Source: Sphagnum compactum
Taxonomy: Eukaryota
Length of the DNA: 64,000 nucleotides
NCBI GenBank assembly: GCA_965153455.1
Contig: OZ234493.1
Span: forward strand, 32,354,213-32,418,212
Reading direction: 5' to 3'
A program made the translations under genes and the position numbers. Positions 13,015 to 26,388 of this stretch are shown in pieces. Numbering within the stretch: the first letter of the stretch is position 1; every line of letters begins with the position of its first letter. The notes beneath the pieces are model-generated. The model worked only from the letters and a program-made list of their open reading frames with translations, did no database searches and was not told the origin of the DNA.

Positions 13015-14275
13015 TTGGCAAGTGATTGGATTTTGGTCGCCAAACTTTGACCAAGGTGTGGATAGGTTGATTAAAAAAAATTTAGCCATTGAGATGGTGA
13101 CTGAAACTAGGTCGTTATTTTTAATGGTCCAAAAAAAAATTTAAGGCTTTTTTTAAGGGTTTTTTTTTCTCTTGCTAGCAACTGAATTTAGGTCATTGGA
13201 CTATGATCAAGGTGTGGATAGGTCAACCAAAAAATCTTGGCTATTGAGATGGCGATTGAAATCAAGTCGTTACTTTTAAACGTGCAAATTTTTTTTTCAA
13301 TTTTTTTTTCTTTGGCAACCAAATTTAAGTCACTAAACTGCGACTAGGGTGTGGACAAGTCAACCGAAAAATCTTGGCCATTTGAGATGGCAATTGAAAT
13401 CAGGTCGTTAATTTTTACAATCTAATTTTTTTTGTTGGTGATTGAATTTAGGTCTTAGGATTGCGATCGAAGTGTGGACAAGTCGATCAAAAAATATTGG
13501 CCATTGAGATGGCAACTGAAATCAAGTTGCTAGTTTTAATGATCCAAATTTATTTTTTTAGTTTTTTTTCACAAGCAACTGAATTTAGGTTACAAGACTA
13601 TGACCAGGGCGTGGACATCTCGACCAAAAAATCTTGGTTGTTGAGATGATGACCGAAATCAAGTCGCTAGTTTTAATGGTCCAAAATTTGTTTCAGTTTT
13701 TGTGTTCTTTTTCTTTTTTTTCATTGGTGACTAAATTTAAGTTGCGGGACTACGACTAGGGTGTGAATATTACAACCAAAATATTTTGGTTGTTGAGATC
13801 GCGATTGAAATCAGGTCATTGGTTTTAATAGTCCATTTTATTTTTTTATTTTTTAAAAAATTCATTGGCAACCGAATTTAGGTCATAGGACTGCAATTGA
13901 AGTGTTAATAGGTCGATTGAAAAATCTTGGCCTTTGAAATGGTGACCGAAATCATGTTGTTGTTTTCAACGGTCCAATTTTATTTTTTTAATTTTCTTTT
14001 TGATGGCAACTAAATTTAAGTCATGGGATTACGACCTAATGACCGAATTTAAGTTGAGGGATTGCGACTGATCTGTGGACAAGTCGACCAAAAAATCTTG
14101 GCTGTTGAGATGCAACCAAAATTAGGTCATTATTTTTTAACGATCCAAATTTAATTTCTATTTTTTCTTCTAGCTTACGATTGAATTTAAGTTATTGGAC
14201 TACAATAGGGGTGTTGACAGATCGATCGAAAAATCTTTGCCTTGGAGATGCTGACTAATTAATCTAGTCATCTTT
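13015..14275 (+). repeat. Tandem array of ~9 units (~120-170 bp; conserved ~105-bp core plus variable T-rich linker)
   Basis: Recurring core ggcaactgaatttaggtc..gactatgatcaaggtgtggataggtcaaccaaaaaatcttggccattgagatggcgattgaaatcaagtcg, with GTGTGGA-type anchors near 13055, 13211, 13348, 13471, 13608, 13759, 13901, 14073 and 14210. Confidence 0.85.
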
Positions 14276-15970
14276 TTCACAACCCATTAAATATACCTTG
14301 GTTTTATACAATTTATTGGCATAAACATTCCATTTACTATCTTTGATTTCTCCTTGTAACCTAATAAATTTTCATCTCTCTATATTGTTCTTTGTATTTT
14401 TTTCATTTTCTTTTTTCGCTTCATCTTCACCTTGAATGGTCAAAGAATGGTTTTCCTACAAGTGATGTGTAGTTCATGCGTAGGTGTTTATAGCTTATAG
14501 TGAGGTAAGTTCTTCTAATTTTCATCTTTTATAATGTTGTCATCTACTGTCGTTGCCCAAAAAGGTAGAAGAGTTATTGGTGTTGATGATTTAGATATGA
14601 ATTTTTGTGATGTGGTTTTTGAGGGGTTGGTGTCAAATCAGTATGGTACGTTTGATCGCATAACCAAAAAAACCATGGATGATTTAGGTTATGCTTACAT
14701 CTATTCTGAGTTACTAGATTGGATAGGCTTGACTATGATCACCTTGCGGGTTAAATCCCCCACATTCAAATGCATGAAAATGTGTTTCAAAAATGGTTGT
14801 ATGTCAAGGTTAAGAATTTTGAAATTGAGGTTAGGTCTCAAAGGGGGTTTGAAAAAGAAAACATGCCAATTATTCTTACAATGGAATCCACCATTATTGT
14901 GTTGTCCATTACAACATTTGAACTTGCTTTGATTCCAATGTTTTTCCATTTGATTCTTTCAAAGAATTCAAATCTAGGTCATTACGATCCAAATTTTCCA
15001 CCGCTATTATTGTTATCATTGTTACCACAATAAGAGGTGGAGAGACAGCCATGAAAAACAACTTATGATTGTGGATGGTGAAGGTCAATTCAATCAAGAT
15101 GTTCTTGCTTTTGGCAATCAATTCAAGATAGAATATGACCAATTGGTTGAAGCCAAAAATTATAGTCAATGTGCTATGGTATTGGTGAAAAATGTGACAA
15201 TAATAACAATCAGCAACCGGTTTCTCCAAGCACAACCTTATACTATATTGTCCAAAGGGGTTGATGACAATGTGAAAACACAATTGCTTCAACTCCACAC
15301 CAAATCAATAGGCCACCAACCTCCTATGAGAGAAGTAATTTATTCTTGTTATTTTTCAATCCATTTTGAAAATTATATGTTTCTCTTACCACTGGTTCAT
15401 TAATGATTTTTTTCTTTCTTTCAAGTTATTAGAGGTATTATCTAAACTCAATCTAGTAGCCCTTCCTTTGCAAAAAAATGTGCAAAATGTCATGTGTCGA
15501 ATATTGTTGTTGTAGCTACGAATGGCGATGTGCATTGTAATGTGTGGTGTGAAAACGACCATCAAGAAGGTTGGTTTCTCATGAGCTTCAATTGCACCAA
15601 CAATTGGAAATCTTGTTAATTTTACCATAGAGGGAAAATGGTTGGAAGTTGTGGTGGGTATGTTGGAAGCTAATTTCCTTGTTTAGCCAGGTGCAAAAAC
15701 AAATTCATATTTGAATCAAAACCAAATTACGAGGTAAATTTTAGTTGATTCCTTCTCACCTTGTCGGTTTTGACAAACACATTGAGCCTCCATTTGATTT
15801 GGTGTCTTTTCTTCCATCCTCATTAGATTTTCCAATTGATGTGGGGCCCACATCAACAAAACAAAAACTTGATTTTGATGTTCACAAACTTAATCCAAAA
15901 ATAACAAAGTTGTGATTTTAGTAGTTAGTGTTGGAATTTTAATAACCACTTTTTGAGTTTTTTTATTTTT

Positions 15971-16242
15971 CATAGTTATTTAAAACTTCAAGAGCTAAAT
16001 TTTGAATTCTCTAGAATTTTCATAGTTGCTTAGAATTCCAAGAGCTAAGTTTTGAATTTCTTGGAATTTTCATAGTTGTTTAAAATTCCAAGAGCTAAAT
16101 TTTTTATTTTCTGAAATTTTCATAGTTGTCTAAAATTCCAAGAGCTAAGTTTTGAGTTTTCTCGAATTCTCATAGTTTAAAAAAAATTTCAAAACCTAAG
16201 TTTTGAATTCTCTAGAATTTTCATAATCATTTAGAATTTCAA
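15971..16242. repeat. 50-bp minisatellite, ~5.4 copies
   Basis: catagttg.ttaaaattccaagagctaa.ttttgaatt..ctagaatttt starts at 15971, 16021, 16071, 16121 and 16171, with a partial copy at 16222. Confidence 0.9.
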
Positions 16243-16574
16243 TTTTAGATGCCAATGATGCTTATGATTTGAAACACTTCAATATCCTCAAAATATGCAT
16301 ATCCAAAATTTTCTTTTTAAACATTTCAATATCTACAAAATATCAATATCCACAATTTTCTTTTTAAACCTTTTAATATCTATAAAATATCAAAATCCAC
16401 AATTTTTGAACATTTCATTACTTATGAAATATCAACATACACAATTCTTGGAGCAAAATCACAATATTTATAAATTTGTGTGATAAAAAAACTTGAAAAC
16501 ATTTCGTTTTGAATTTGGTGTGTTGTTTTCATGTTCAATTTATCTTTCACCTAATTTTAAGGTGACTTTAATCA

Positions 16575-17268
16575 TTCACACCTTGATCACAATCCGGTGA
16601 CCCAAATCTTACTAGTGCAAAAATAAAATAAATAAATAAAATCTAGATTTAAAAAAAAATAGTGATCTAATTTGGGTCACCATCTCAACGGTCAAGATTT
16701 TTCAATCGACCTGTCCACATCTAGTTGCATTCCAATGACCAAAATTCGGTTGCCAATGCAAAAAAAATTCAAAAAAGAAATTAAATTGTTAAAAAATAAT
16801 GACCTGATTTCGATTGCATATCAATGGACAAGATTTTTTGATCAACTTATCCACACCTTGGTCGTAGTCCAACAACCTAAGTTTGGTCTTTAATGTAAAA
16901 AGAAAAGGATTCTTAAAAAATCACAACCTTATTTCGATCACCATCTCAATGCCCAAGATATTGCGATCAACCCCTCCACACCCCGATCAAAGTTCAACGA
17001 CTTAAATTCAGTCATCGACATAAAAAGAAAAAAAATGGATTGTTAAAAAATAACAACTTGATTTCAATCGCCATGTCAACAGCCAAGATTGTTTGGTCGA
17101 TCTATCCACACCCTAGCCATAGTTCGTAAATTTGTCAACCATTGACTGCCAACTTAATTCAGTTGTTGGCGCAAAAAATTTAAAATAAATAAATGCATTG
17201 TTAAAGTTGTGACCTAATTTCAGTTGCATTTCAATGGCCAAGATTTTTTTATTGACTTGTCCACACCC
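16575..17268 (-). repeat. Reverse-complement array (~6 units) of the same ~140-bp repeat as 13015-14275
   Basis: Units read catctcaa..gccaagatttttt..tcgac..tccacacc..gtcc..gacc.aaattc.gttgcc, the reverse complement of the left array; TCCACAC-type anchors near 16577, 16714, 16850, 16975, 17105 and 17260. Confidence 0.85.
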
Positions 17269-17362
17269 TAAAATATATTATCATAATTAAAAATGGCTAA
17301 CATGCAATCATTTGATGATGATTTGATTAAGTAATCTTTGTTTAGTTTCAACATATGAGTAT

Positions 17363-20300
17363 GATGTTGGCAATTGTCTATTTGATTCCATATCTTATTT
17401 ATTGAAGTGTTCATCAACATCCCTTCAAATAAAACAAAATAGTATGCAATACTTAAAACAATGTTTGACATTGAATACACAAAAAACAAAAGAATGTCAT
17501 TTTAAGGAGTTCAACCCAAGTTTTCTATATGATTTATATCATGGTGAAGTTTCCAATGAATAACAATACATTGAAAAAATGTCCCAAAGTGCTACAATTG
17601 GTGGCTTATGGGGGGATTTTACAGCAATTTTTTAAATAACAAAATATAATATAATGACCAATCTATGTTTGGAATAAAGATTCAAATAGAATTATGTGTA
17701 AATGTGGATTAAATTACCAAATGGACACTTTACACATTGCTTATAGTAATCAACATTTTGAACCAAATTGAATATACATGTGATGTTAGAAATATTCAAT
17801 TGCAATTTGAGACACCTAATTCTAAATCATTTATAAATTTGGATGACTACCCAATGCTTTCAAAAACAATCAAATAAGAAGTGTAAACACTTGCCAAAAA
17901 TATATATTTTCATTGGAATGATGATTTGGATTGTGATTTGATAAAACTTTTGGAAACTTATTCAAATGTACTTTTAGAATACATTGTCCAATTATTTAAT
18001 TCGTCATGTAATACCAATGTTACTAAAAGTCAAGTACATAATCATATTCAATACATGAAGGAAAGAAAACAACCAAAGGAAAATTTGTTAATTATATTAG
18101 TTTAACAATTTCAATGTCCATGTCCAACAACATCCCAATATCTCCAATAACTGAAAATAATCTATCAATAATTAAAAAATAACCAATAATTGAAAATATA
18201 TTAATGATTGAAAATATTCCAATGGTTGAGAATGTCCCATTCATTGATGATGTCCCAACAATTATAGGGATGCCAATAGGTGAAGATGTTCACATAATTA
18301 AAGAATTATCTAATTGCAAATCATAGAAAAATCACATAAAAGGGAAAGATTGATTTTCGATTGGACACCTTATGATGAAACTATTTAAATAACAAAATCT
18401 CATTCTAGTGTAACTTTCTCTACAAAAGCTATGATTTTACTAGATAAATTTCCACATATCAAAAGCACGAAATCACAAATTATTTCTCATGTAAAGTACA
18501 CAAATGGTAAAATCTCACAAGTTTGTAATAATCCCAATACAAAATAAATATGCATTGTTAACCCAAAATGTAATATGCAATTTTTAAAATATCCAAAAAA
18601 TACACAATATTAAATATCATATTAATTCAAAAGAAAACACATGTGAATCAAAACATGTTAATACATATAGGCAAAAAATTCAAGATGTTCTAATAACACG
18701 ATGTTTTTGTTGTGAAAGATTATGTTTTTTGAAACAACTTCAAACTGTTACAAATAAATTAGCACATTTTTACAAATTAAAATGGTAAACCATAAAATAA
18801 CAACACACATATGTTCAAATTGTTTAAATAATATCAACAAAGGCAAAAAACCCCAATATCAAGTTCCATATAATATATCAAGAAATAAAATGATATCATC
18901 AATCACAAAGTTAACACATTTATAAGAATGACTTATTCGTTCACGGTTAGATTTTGCTCAAATATATAAATTTCATGGTTATGGTCAATATAAAATGAAA
19001 GGTAGTATTATTAATGTCCCTTCAAATATTAATCAAACGCAATTAATCTTACCACGTTTACCATATGATGTGGCAACAATGGGTGTATTTTTAATGACGA
19101 CTTGAATACAAATCACTTTACATGTCTAGAAATGTACATTTTAATTTAGTCATGTCTGCACAAAATGATTTAATTTTCAACACCATTATGTTCAAATTTA
19201 AATGTTACCATGGACCTTCAATGGAACAATTTGTTTTTTATGCATACAACCTTGTCTAATCAAACAAATGACCAAAATATATCATCATTTGATGATTTTG
19301 ACTTTGAAAATGAAAACCACGTAATTTGTGCACTAACAAACTCCATGATACATAACTTTTTAGATGCATGGTTCAAAATTAATGATTACGAAAACGTTAT
19401 ATATTCTATTGCTTCAAGTCAAAATTTTCATCCTTTAGGTTTGTTTAGAGAATCATTCGGAAGAATTAAATTTTCCAACATTATTTTATGAACATCCACG
19501 AGACCTAACTATTTCTAAAACATTATCATATCAACGAATAGCACAATGGGAATTGTTTCACAAATCTAATGATTTTTCAACTAATATTTTAAACCTTTTC
19601 TTTAAAGGTGTTAAAATTTCTATCCAAAACGTTATAAGCTCTAGATGGGCACATAAATGTGGAAAACTAAATGGTGGATCATTAAAGGCTTTTGAAGTAC
19701 GAGATAAACCAAATTTAAATAAGATTTTCAAATCATACTTAGGAAATTGTGATTTAAAAGGGCTACATACTTCATTAGATTATTTAGAAAGTCTACAAAA
19801 AACATTATTTGCTATGATAAGACAAATTTGGCCCTCCAACATTCTTTGTAATTTTTATGTCTACAAAAAAATTATGGGATCTTCCAAACAAAAAACCTTA
19901 CATACCTTGCATGCTGAAAAATTAAATCTTCCAAACAAAATTGAAAACTTTCAATTTATTCGTATAACATAATTGATACTCAACGATCCTATAACATGTG
20001 CAAGATATTATGATCATAAAACATCATATTTTGCACATTATTCAACAAAGAATCATCTATTTTTGGACAAGTTTGTGATTTTTTTTGGGTCACATAATTT
20101 CAAAATCATGGTAGTGAACATGACCATGGCCTTTTATGGATTAAAGATGCACCAATATATGAAATTTATATAAATGAATTAATTAAAATTTTTGTTGATA
20201 AATACATTTCATGCAATGTATCATTATTACCAATTACACTACAAAATGCACAACAACATCAACGCATTCAAACATGTAAGAAAAAAAATCATGTTGTTTG

Positions 20301-23300
20301 TAGATTCCATTATCCATTACCTCCCATGAATAAAACAACAATATTAAAACCACTTGAATTAAAAGAAGACTTACCTTTTAGCAAAACCATTTGCAACAAC
20401 AAGTAACAATTTTTTTTTAATTTTTAAAAGACTTTAAAACTGATGAAAACATTACATTCTTTGAATTTTTAAATTTACTACATCTTGATGAAGGAACAAA
20501 CATATTAAGTTTAAGAAGTAAACTAATGAAACCAAACATTTTTAAAAAACAAACACCATCAAACATTAAAACCAATGCATTTAACATATGTTTGCAAATA
20601 CAAATATTCAATTGATTTTAGATCCATATGTAACTGCATCATATTGTCCATCATACATAACTAAAATTGAAAAATTTGTAAGCTCATAATTTCATTCAAT
20701 AATAAAAAAATTCATTTAAAATAAACCTGATGCCAACATAAAAATCCAAAAATTAGATAATGTTTTTCTTAATGTTCAACAAATGTCTGCCCAACTTGTT
20801 GTTTATTTAGTTCTTTTTTATATCATTCATCACAAACATTTAAATTTATCAATACTTCTCCATGCCAAGAACGTGTTTTTGTATTAAAACCCTAGTCCTC
20901 ACTAAATCAATTAAAACTTGATTCCATTGACATATTGTCTGCATCAATTATAGACAAATATTTAAATCAAAAAAATATTTATGAATATTTATCATTAGGA
21001 GAATTTGCCTCCTATTAGAACATTAGAAATAAAAAATTATCAAAATGTTGTAAACAAAAAATCATTAGGTTTGTAAACTACAGTAAACATAAAGATATGA
21101 AAAATTGGTCAAGAAAACAATTGCTTTTATATTCACGATTTAAATTTTTCGAAAGTTCATTATTAGGAACACATGTTACTTGACATGATACCTATTATCA
21201 AGTAAAAGAAAATATATTCACAGTTAAATCCAAATTCAATTATAACATGCAAAACAAACATACAAATGAAAAAAATGATGATATGAATTTAAAATCAAAT
21301 CCTCGCATCCATAGAAATATGGAATGATGACATTGATGATGACCTTGGTAATATGTCCTTTAATCCCATCACAAATACGTTAAATATTGAAAAATATGAT
21401 TTGAAAAATGATCTCATCATTCAATCATGCAATACATTTTATCATAAAACACAAAATTTTCAAGATGATGGTTTCACAATATCATTAAACTCAATGATAA
21501 TGGATGAATCAAAATATCATAATATGTTCAGATAATTAAATGAAGAACAAAGATTAATATTTGATAATATAATGTATAAATTTTTATTATTATAATATTC
21601 CAATACATACATATTTGACAAAAGGTGCTAGAACTGGTAAAATTTTTACTTTAAAATTAATAATTCAAGGATTATTACAAATATATAATAAAACTTTATC
21701 ATTTAACCTAACAAAAATAAAACATTACTTATGGCATTTACATGTAAAGTTGCATTTAATATTGATGGTCAAACAATACATTCAACATTGAACATACATG
21801 TTTAACAAACATTAACAAATCTATCAAATTTATCATCAAATTTTTTAAATAGATTCACATGTTGATGCGAACAATTGCAACTAGTTGTAATAGATGGATT
21901 GTGTCTTGTAGGTACTAAAATGTTTAATGTTATAGACCACCGATTAAGGGCAATAAAACATATTCAAAATGAATTCTTCAATGGTCTAGATGACATCATG
22001 TCAAGTGACTTTCATCAAATACCCCTCGTTAAAGTTTGTTGGATTTTTTATTCCCTTAATGATAGTATAAGTGCATTAGCACCAAACTTTTGGAAAAAAA
22101 ATGTTAAATGTTATGAATTAATTTTAATTATGTAATAAACTGATACAAAATTTATAAAATTTTAAAATGAATCTTGCACTTGCACACAAACTTTAGAAAA
22201 CATTCAATATATTAATTCAAATTGTTGTTGAAAAATACCAAACAATTTAATTACACCACATTATTTTATACAAATATTTCAATGTAAAAACATAATAAAT
22301 TTGTGTTTAACAAAACAATTGGCCCAACATTCAATTTTCAGGCTATAGACATTCATCATCATTCATGCCCATCATCATATAAACTTCCAAATGATCCAAG
22401 TAAAATTGTAAACTTCTATACTACAATTTGTATCGAACAAAATATGGTAGTTGAATTGTTTGTTAGAAATTATGCAACATATGATGGCCTTGTTAATGGA
22501 GTTGATGGTGTATTCAAAACATCAACATCTTATCATACAAAACCATAGTTTGGATATTGTTCCCAAATCCAAAAATAGGGATGTTAGTTAAAGAAAAGTC
22601 TACCCACCTTTATACAAACAATATTAAACCAAATTGGACACCAATTGAACCAATTATCAAAGACATATGAATTGGAAAAAATCAATCTCATATTATAACA
22701 AGAATCTAATTTCCAATTCAATTAGCAATAGCAAGAACCATTTATCGATCACAAGGATTATTGTTAGATGAATTAGCTATTGATCCTACCAATGTTAGGA
22801 AACATGGACTATCATATGCTGTTTTTTTTCAAATTTGAACAAAGAAGGATTATACTTGTTAACTCCACTCCAACATCAAAACTTTCACATTGATCGATGT
22901 GCAGTTGAAGAAATGAATAGCTTAAAATCTTTTACAAATTGGACAACTTTTGTTCCTCAATTAAAAAACTTTTATCATTCACATGTTATTATACTAGCTC
23001 TCAACACAAATTCTTAAAAGCAACATTACCAAGATATAAATCATGACCCCAACCTACAAGTATCACACGTTCTTTGCATTTTGGAAACTAGAATACAATC
23101 ATCAAATGATGTACAAAATTTCGTAAATACATCAAAATATTCATATATTTCAATTTATGATGGTCATGGTTTGATAATGATGTACAATGCACAAATGCTC
23201 TTACATTCTTACTACACAACAACATGTAATGAATTAGAATATATATCAGCTATATTTAACATAAGAACTCAAAGAGCGATTCATATAATATGTGTTTATA

Positions 23301-23675
23301 AAAATCATTTTTCTTTGATTTCTATGTTCCTCAACACATTAGAAGCATTGATTCAAAAGTCCCCAAATGATTGCCCATTCATTGTCTTAGGAGATTTTAA
23401 TATTGACATTTTAGATGATAATAATCATAAAAAATAAAATAACGACTAATAGACTTGATGAATAAATTAGAATTAAAATCCCAATTCTAAAATATCATAA
23501 CAAAAGTTGAATCACAATCAGACCATATATGATAAAATATGTCAAGGAATGAATCCATATTAGGTGTTTCAGAAGCATATTGGCTAAATTTTCACAAACC
23601 AATTATATCGCATTCAAATTACCAAACACACTTCCAATTTATAGTAACAAACTAATAGAATCTCCATTCATTTAA
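17363..23675 (+). mobile_element. Degenerate Helitron-superfamily (Helentron/Helitron2-like) coding region: OTU protease - Zn finger/DUF6570-like - HUH Rep - PIF1 helicase - AP endonuclease
   Basis: Motifs read across stops and frameshifts: DVGNCLFDSISYLL (17363), GLWGDF, LHIAYSNQHFEP (OTU); CFCCERLCF (~18700), GQYKMKGSIINVP; SLDYL..LFAMIRQ (~19770), FQNHGSEHDHGLLWIKDAP (~20098-20154, HUH), DPYVTASYCPSYITK (20621); GARTGK (21624, Walker A), LVVIDG, SDFHQIPLV, TIYRSQG (22737); LCILETR, IVLGDFNID (~23381), SDHI. Confidence 0.88.
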
Positions 23676-24390
23676 TGTCATTTTACTTTTTTGATTTTTA
23701 TAAAAAATAAAACTTGTCATGGCATGGTCATATGGGAGAGATGGAAAAAGACAACAAAATATGGGAAAAGCATGTGGGAAAAGTTAGAAAGATATGCTAA
23801 AATGAAAAAATGATTGGGAAGAGATACCAATGAAAACGACGTATTGAGATACCAAAATATGATAAAATGAAAAGTGATGCCAAAATATGCAATTGTAGGC
23901 ATGTAAAAAAATGTGAAAAAAATACAAAATATCCAAAATTTCCAATAGGATTTTAGTCCCCAAGGATTGTCACATCATGAGGATAAAAAGGTTTGAAGTT
24001 GCCATATTTACATAATAGGCTCCAACAAGTCATTGTTTTATAGGGGGGAAAGCCCAAACTTTTTTCCTTCCCTTTTTCACCTCTCACCAAATTTGGCTAA
24101 GTCTTATTGTGGGAGATCACCAACCCACCTACTTCACAAATTTGAAAAAAAACACTTTGGCTGAAACTAGTAAAACTTTTACTTTAAAATTAGTAATTCA
24201 AAATATTATAACGACCATATCATAAAAACATATAATCTTAAACCAATATTAATTTCCAAATGTCATCTTAAAATTCTTTAAATTTTTATAAAAGACAAGA
24301 GTCTCTCGTGGCAAAGCCTCTTGTTATACACTCTTGGTACCATTTGGAAAGCCTTTGACAAACAAGTAGGGTGCGGTGACTTTGGTTTTT

Positions 24391-24597
24391 CATAATGTTT
24401 GATCTATGGTGGAGAAGTTATGGAATTTTAAACAAAATTTTCCATTAGAAAATGTGTTCTTAAAATTTATAGAGGAATTTGGCCGCGCTCTCATAATAAT
24501 GTTTGATCTATGGTGAAGAAGTTATGGAATTTTAAACAATTTTTTCCATTAGAAATGTGTTCTTAAAAAAATTATAGAGGAATTTGGCCGCGCTCTC
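24391..24597. repeat. Tandem duplication of ~104 bp
   Basis: taatgtttgatctatggtg.agaagttatggaattttaaacaa..ttccattagaaa.tgtgttcttaaaa..tatagaggaatttggccgcgctctc occurs twice in tandem. Confidence 0.85.
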
Positions 24598-24817
24598 TCG
24601 GTATTGTTGCTCTTGGTATTGTTGGAAAGCCCTTAGTGAGTAGGATTTACTGAAGATGATTTGGAAAATTTTAGAGCTAAGGTGTGACAAATAATGAATT
24701 TCCAGTAGTTTGTGTCATTGGAAATTCAATTAAATTACAAAAAAATGGTTTTTGAACCAAAAAAAGCAGTTTATTAACGAGTCAAGGTAATAGGCAATAT
24801 AACTATTCACGTTTATT

Positions 24818-24886
24818 GTCTTGGTAGCTCAACGGTAAGGATGGTGGTTTGGCAACTGTGAGGTCAGGAGTTCGAACCCCGAGGCC
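24818..24886 (+). pseudogene. tRNA-like sequence (tRNA pseudogene or SINE head)
   Basis: A-box-like TAGCTCAACGG, B-box-like GAGTTCGAACC and possible acceptor stem GTCTTGG/CCGAGGC; D, anticodon and T stems pair poorly. Confidence 0.5.
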
Positions 24887-26388
24887 GCTGAATTCTCCCC
24901 CTCTTCTGATGAAAGAATTCCCTCCGGTCGTTGCGGACTACAAAATCCAAAAAGACTCCTTTGTTTTGTCTCTTGTGTTTTTTCTCTCGTATTTTGAGCA
25001 CAAATTATGAGAGTTTCTTGAATAGGATTCTTCATCTTCGTTTGTTTGTCGCTAAGATTTGGATGCACCTAGCTAGCTAGCTAGCTCATGTAGGAAATTG
25101 TGCAAAGAGTCTTGAGAGCGTTGTGAATGGTTGCGTGTCTGCGTTCTTTGGAGGTATGTTTTGATTACAGGAATCAATCAATCAGTGAGCGAGCGGAGCT
25201 TGCTTTTACCAGGATTGCGTATGAGCGACGGCTTTGCAACTGTACTCGCCTGGCCGGAAATCCGCGGTGTGTAATTCCTGCGGCTTCTTCTTGCGCTTGT
25301 CGTCTTTGCAGCAACTGTGATTTGATCACTTCTACGATTAGGGTTTGTGGGTTTGAAAGTTAATCCGTGATCACTGAGGAGGAGGATCTTCTTGGAGAAG
25401 GTTCCCTCTTGCCATGCGTATGGCACATACATGCGATTTGATTACGAGTTCTAGATGCGATATGTCGCAGAGTGACATAGTTTTTGGGCTTACGAGTTAG
25501 GGTTTCAGTTGCAGGAGGAAAGTTTTAGGGTTAGACATTCTTTGTTGTTTCCTTGGCGAGTCGTAAGAAAAAGACAGGAATATCAGGAAGAAGAAGAAGC
25601 TAGAAGCGTTGGAGGGACGGAAGGAAGGACTGCTGCTGCTGCAAATCCCTGGGGAATTGGACTAGTTCAACTTTTTGTTGAGGAACAGGAATCACTGTGC
25701 TGCACTTTCTTGCACACAGGAATTGAGGGTTAGGTTAGACATCGTCATTGATTGAGGAGTTCAGCAATTTCTTTCAGCCATGTGGCGTGAATCTGGTGCA
25801 GAAGGCACTTCGGTTTGACAAGGTTTCCACCAAGGTAATATTCACTTTCTCATCAACTTTCAACACACACTTAAGTACAATCAAATGGTTTTGAGAGGGG
25901 CAGTCAAGTTCAAGATATGTGGAAACTGTAGTTCCAATTTGCACCAAATGTCCGATATACTTGGAAACTGTGCATCTGATTTCATGAACAACCTTTGCAA
26001 ACATCTCAGAGAGAATTTAGGTGAAGTGAAGTGACTCTTTTGCCGGTCTAAGATTGTGACAATTGGTGAAACATTTGAAGTGAAAATGTGAGCGGTGTGC
26101 ATTTTTCCTCTCATGCACTGGTTTTTTTCAGATGGTATCTGTGGTGTAGTTTAGAAAGAGTGTTATGCTGTGACTACTGAGTATCTCATATCACCCCCTC
26201 AAGATGAGAGTAATGAGAAATCGTTTGTTTGGCAAGTTATATAAGTCAGGTTTTATGAAATGTTTATTTCTTGATTGGGTAGCACTTGTTCCCCTGAGGG
26301 TAGTGTAAATTTTGCCACTTATAATTGATTGCTGCAGGAGAAAGCGTGGTGTAAATTTTTCCTCTTATGATTGATTGCTGCAGGAGAA

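Noticed and set aside
13015-14275. CRISPR-like repeat-spacer array
   Set aside because: Units are ~140 bp and degenerate, the variable parts are only T-rich linkers rather than unique spacers, the context is eukaryotic and there are no cas genes.
24818-24886. Functional tRNA gene
   Set aside because: D, anticodon and T stems do not pair properly and the T-arm appears deleted, so it is kept only as tRNA-like.
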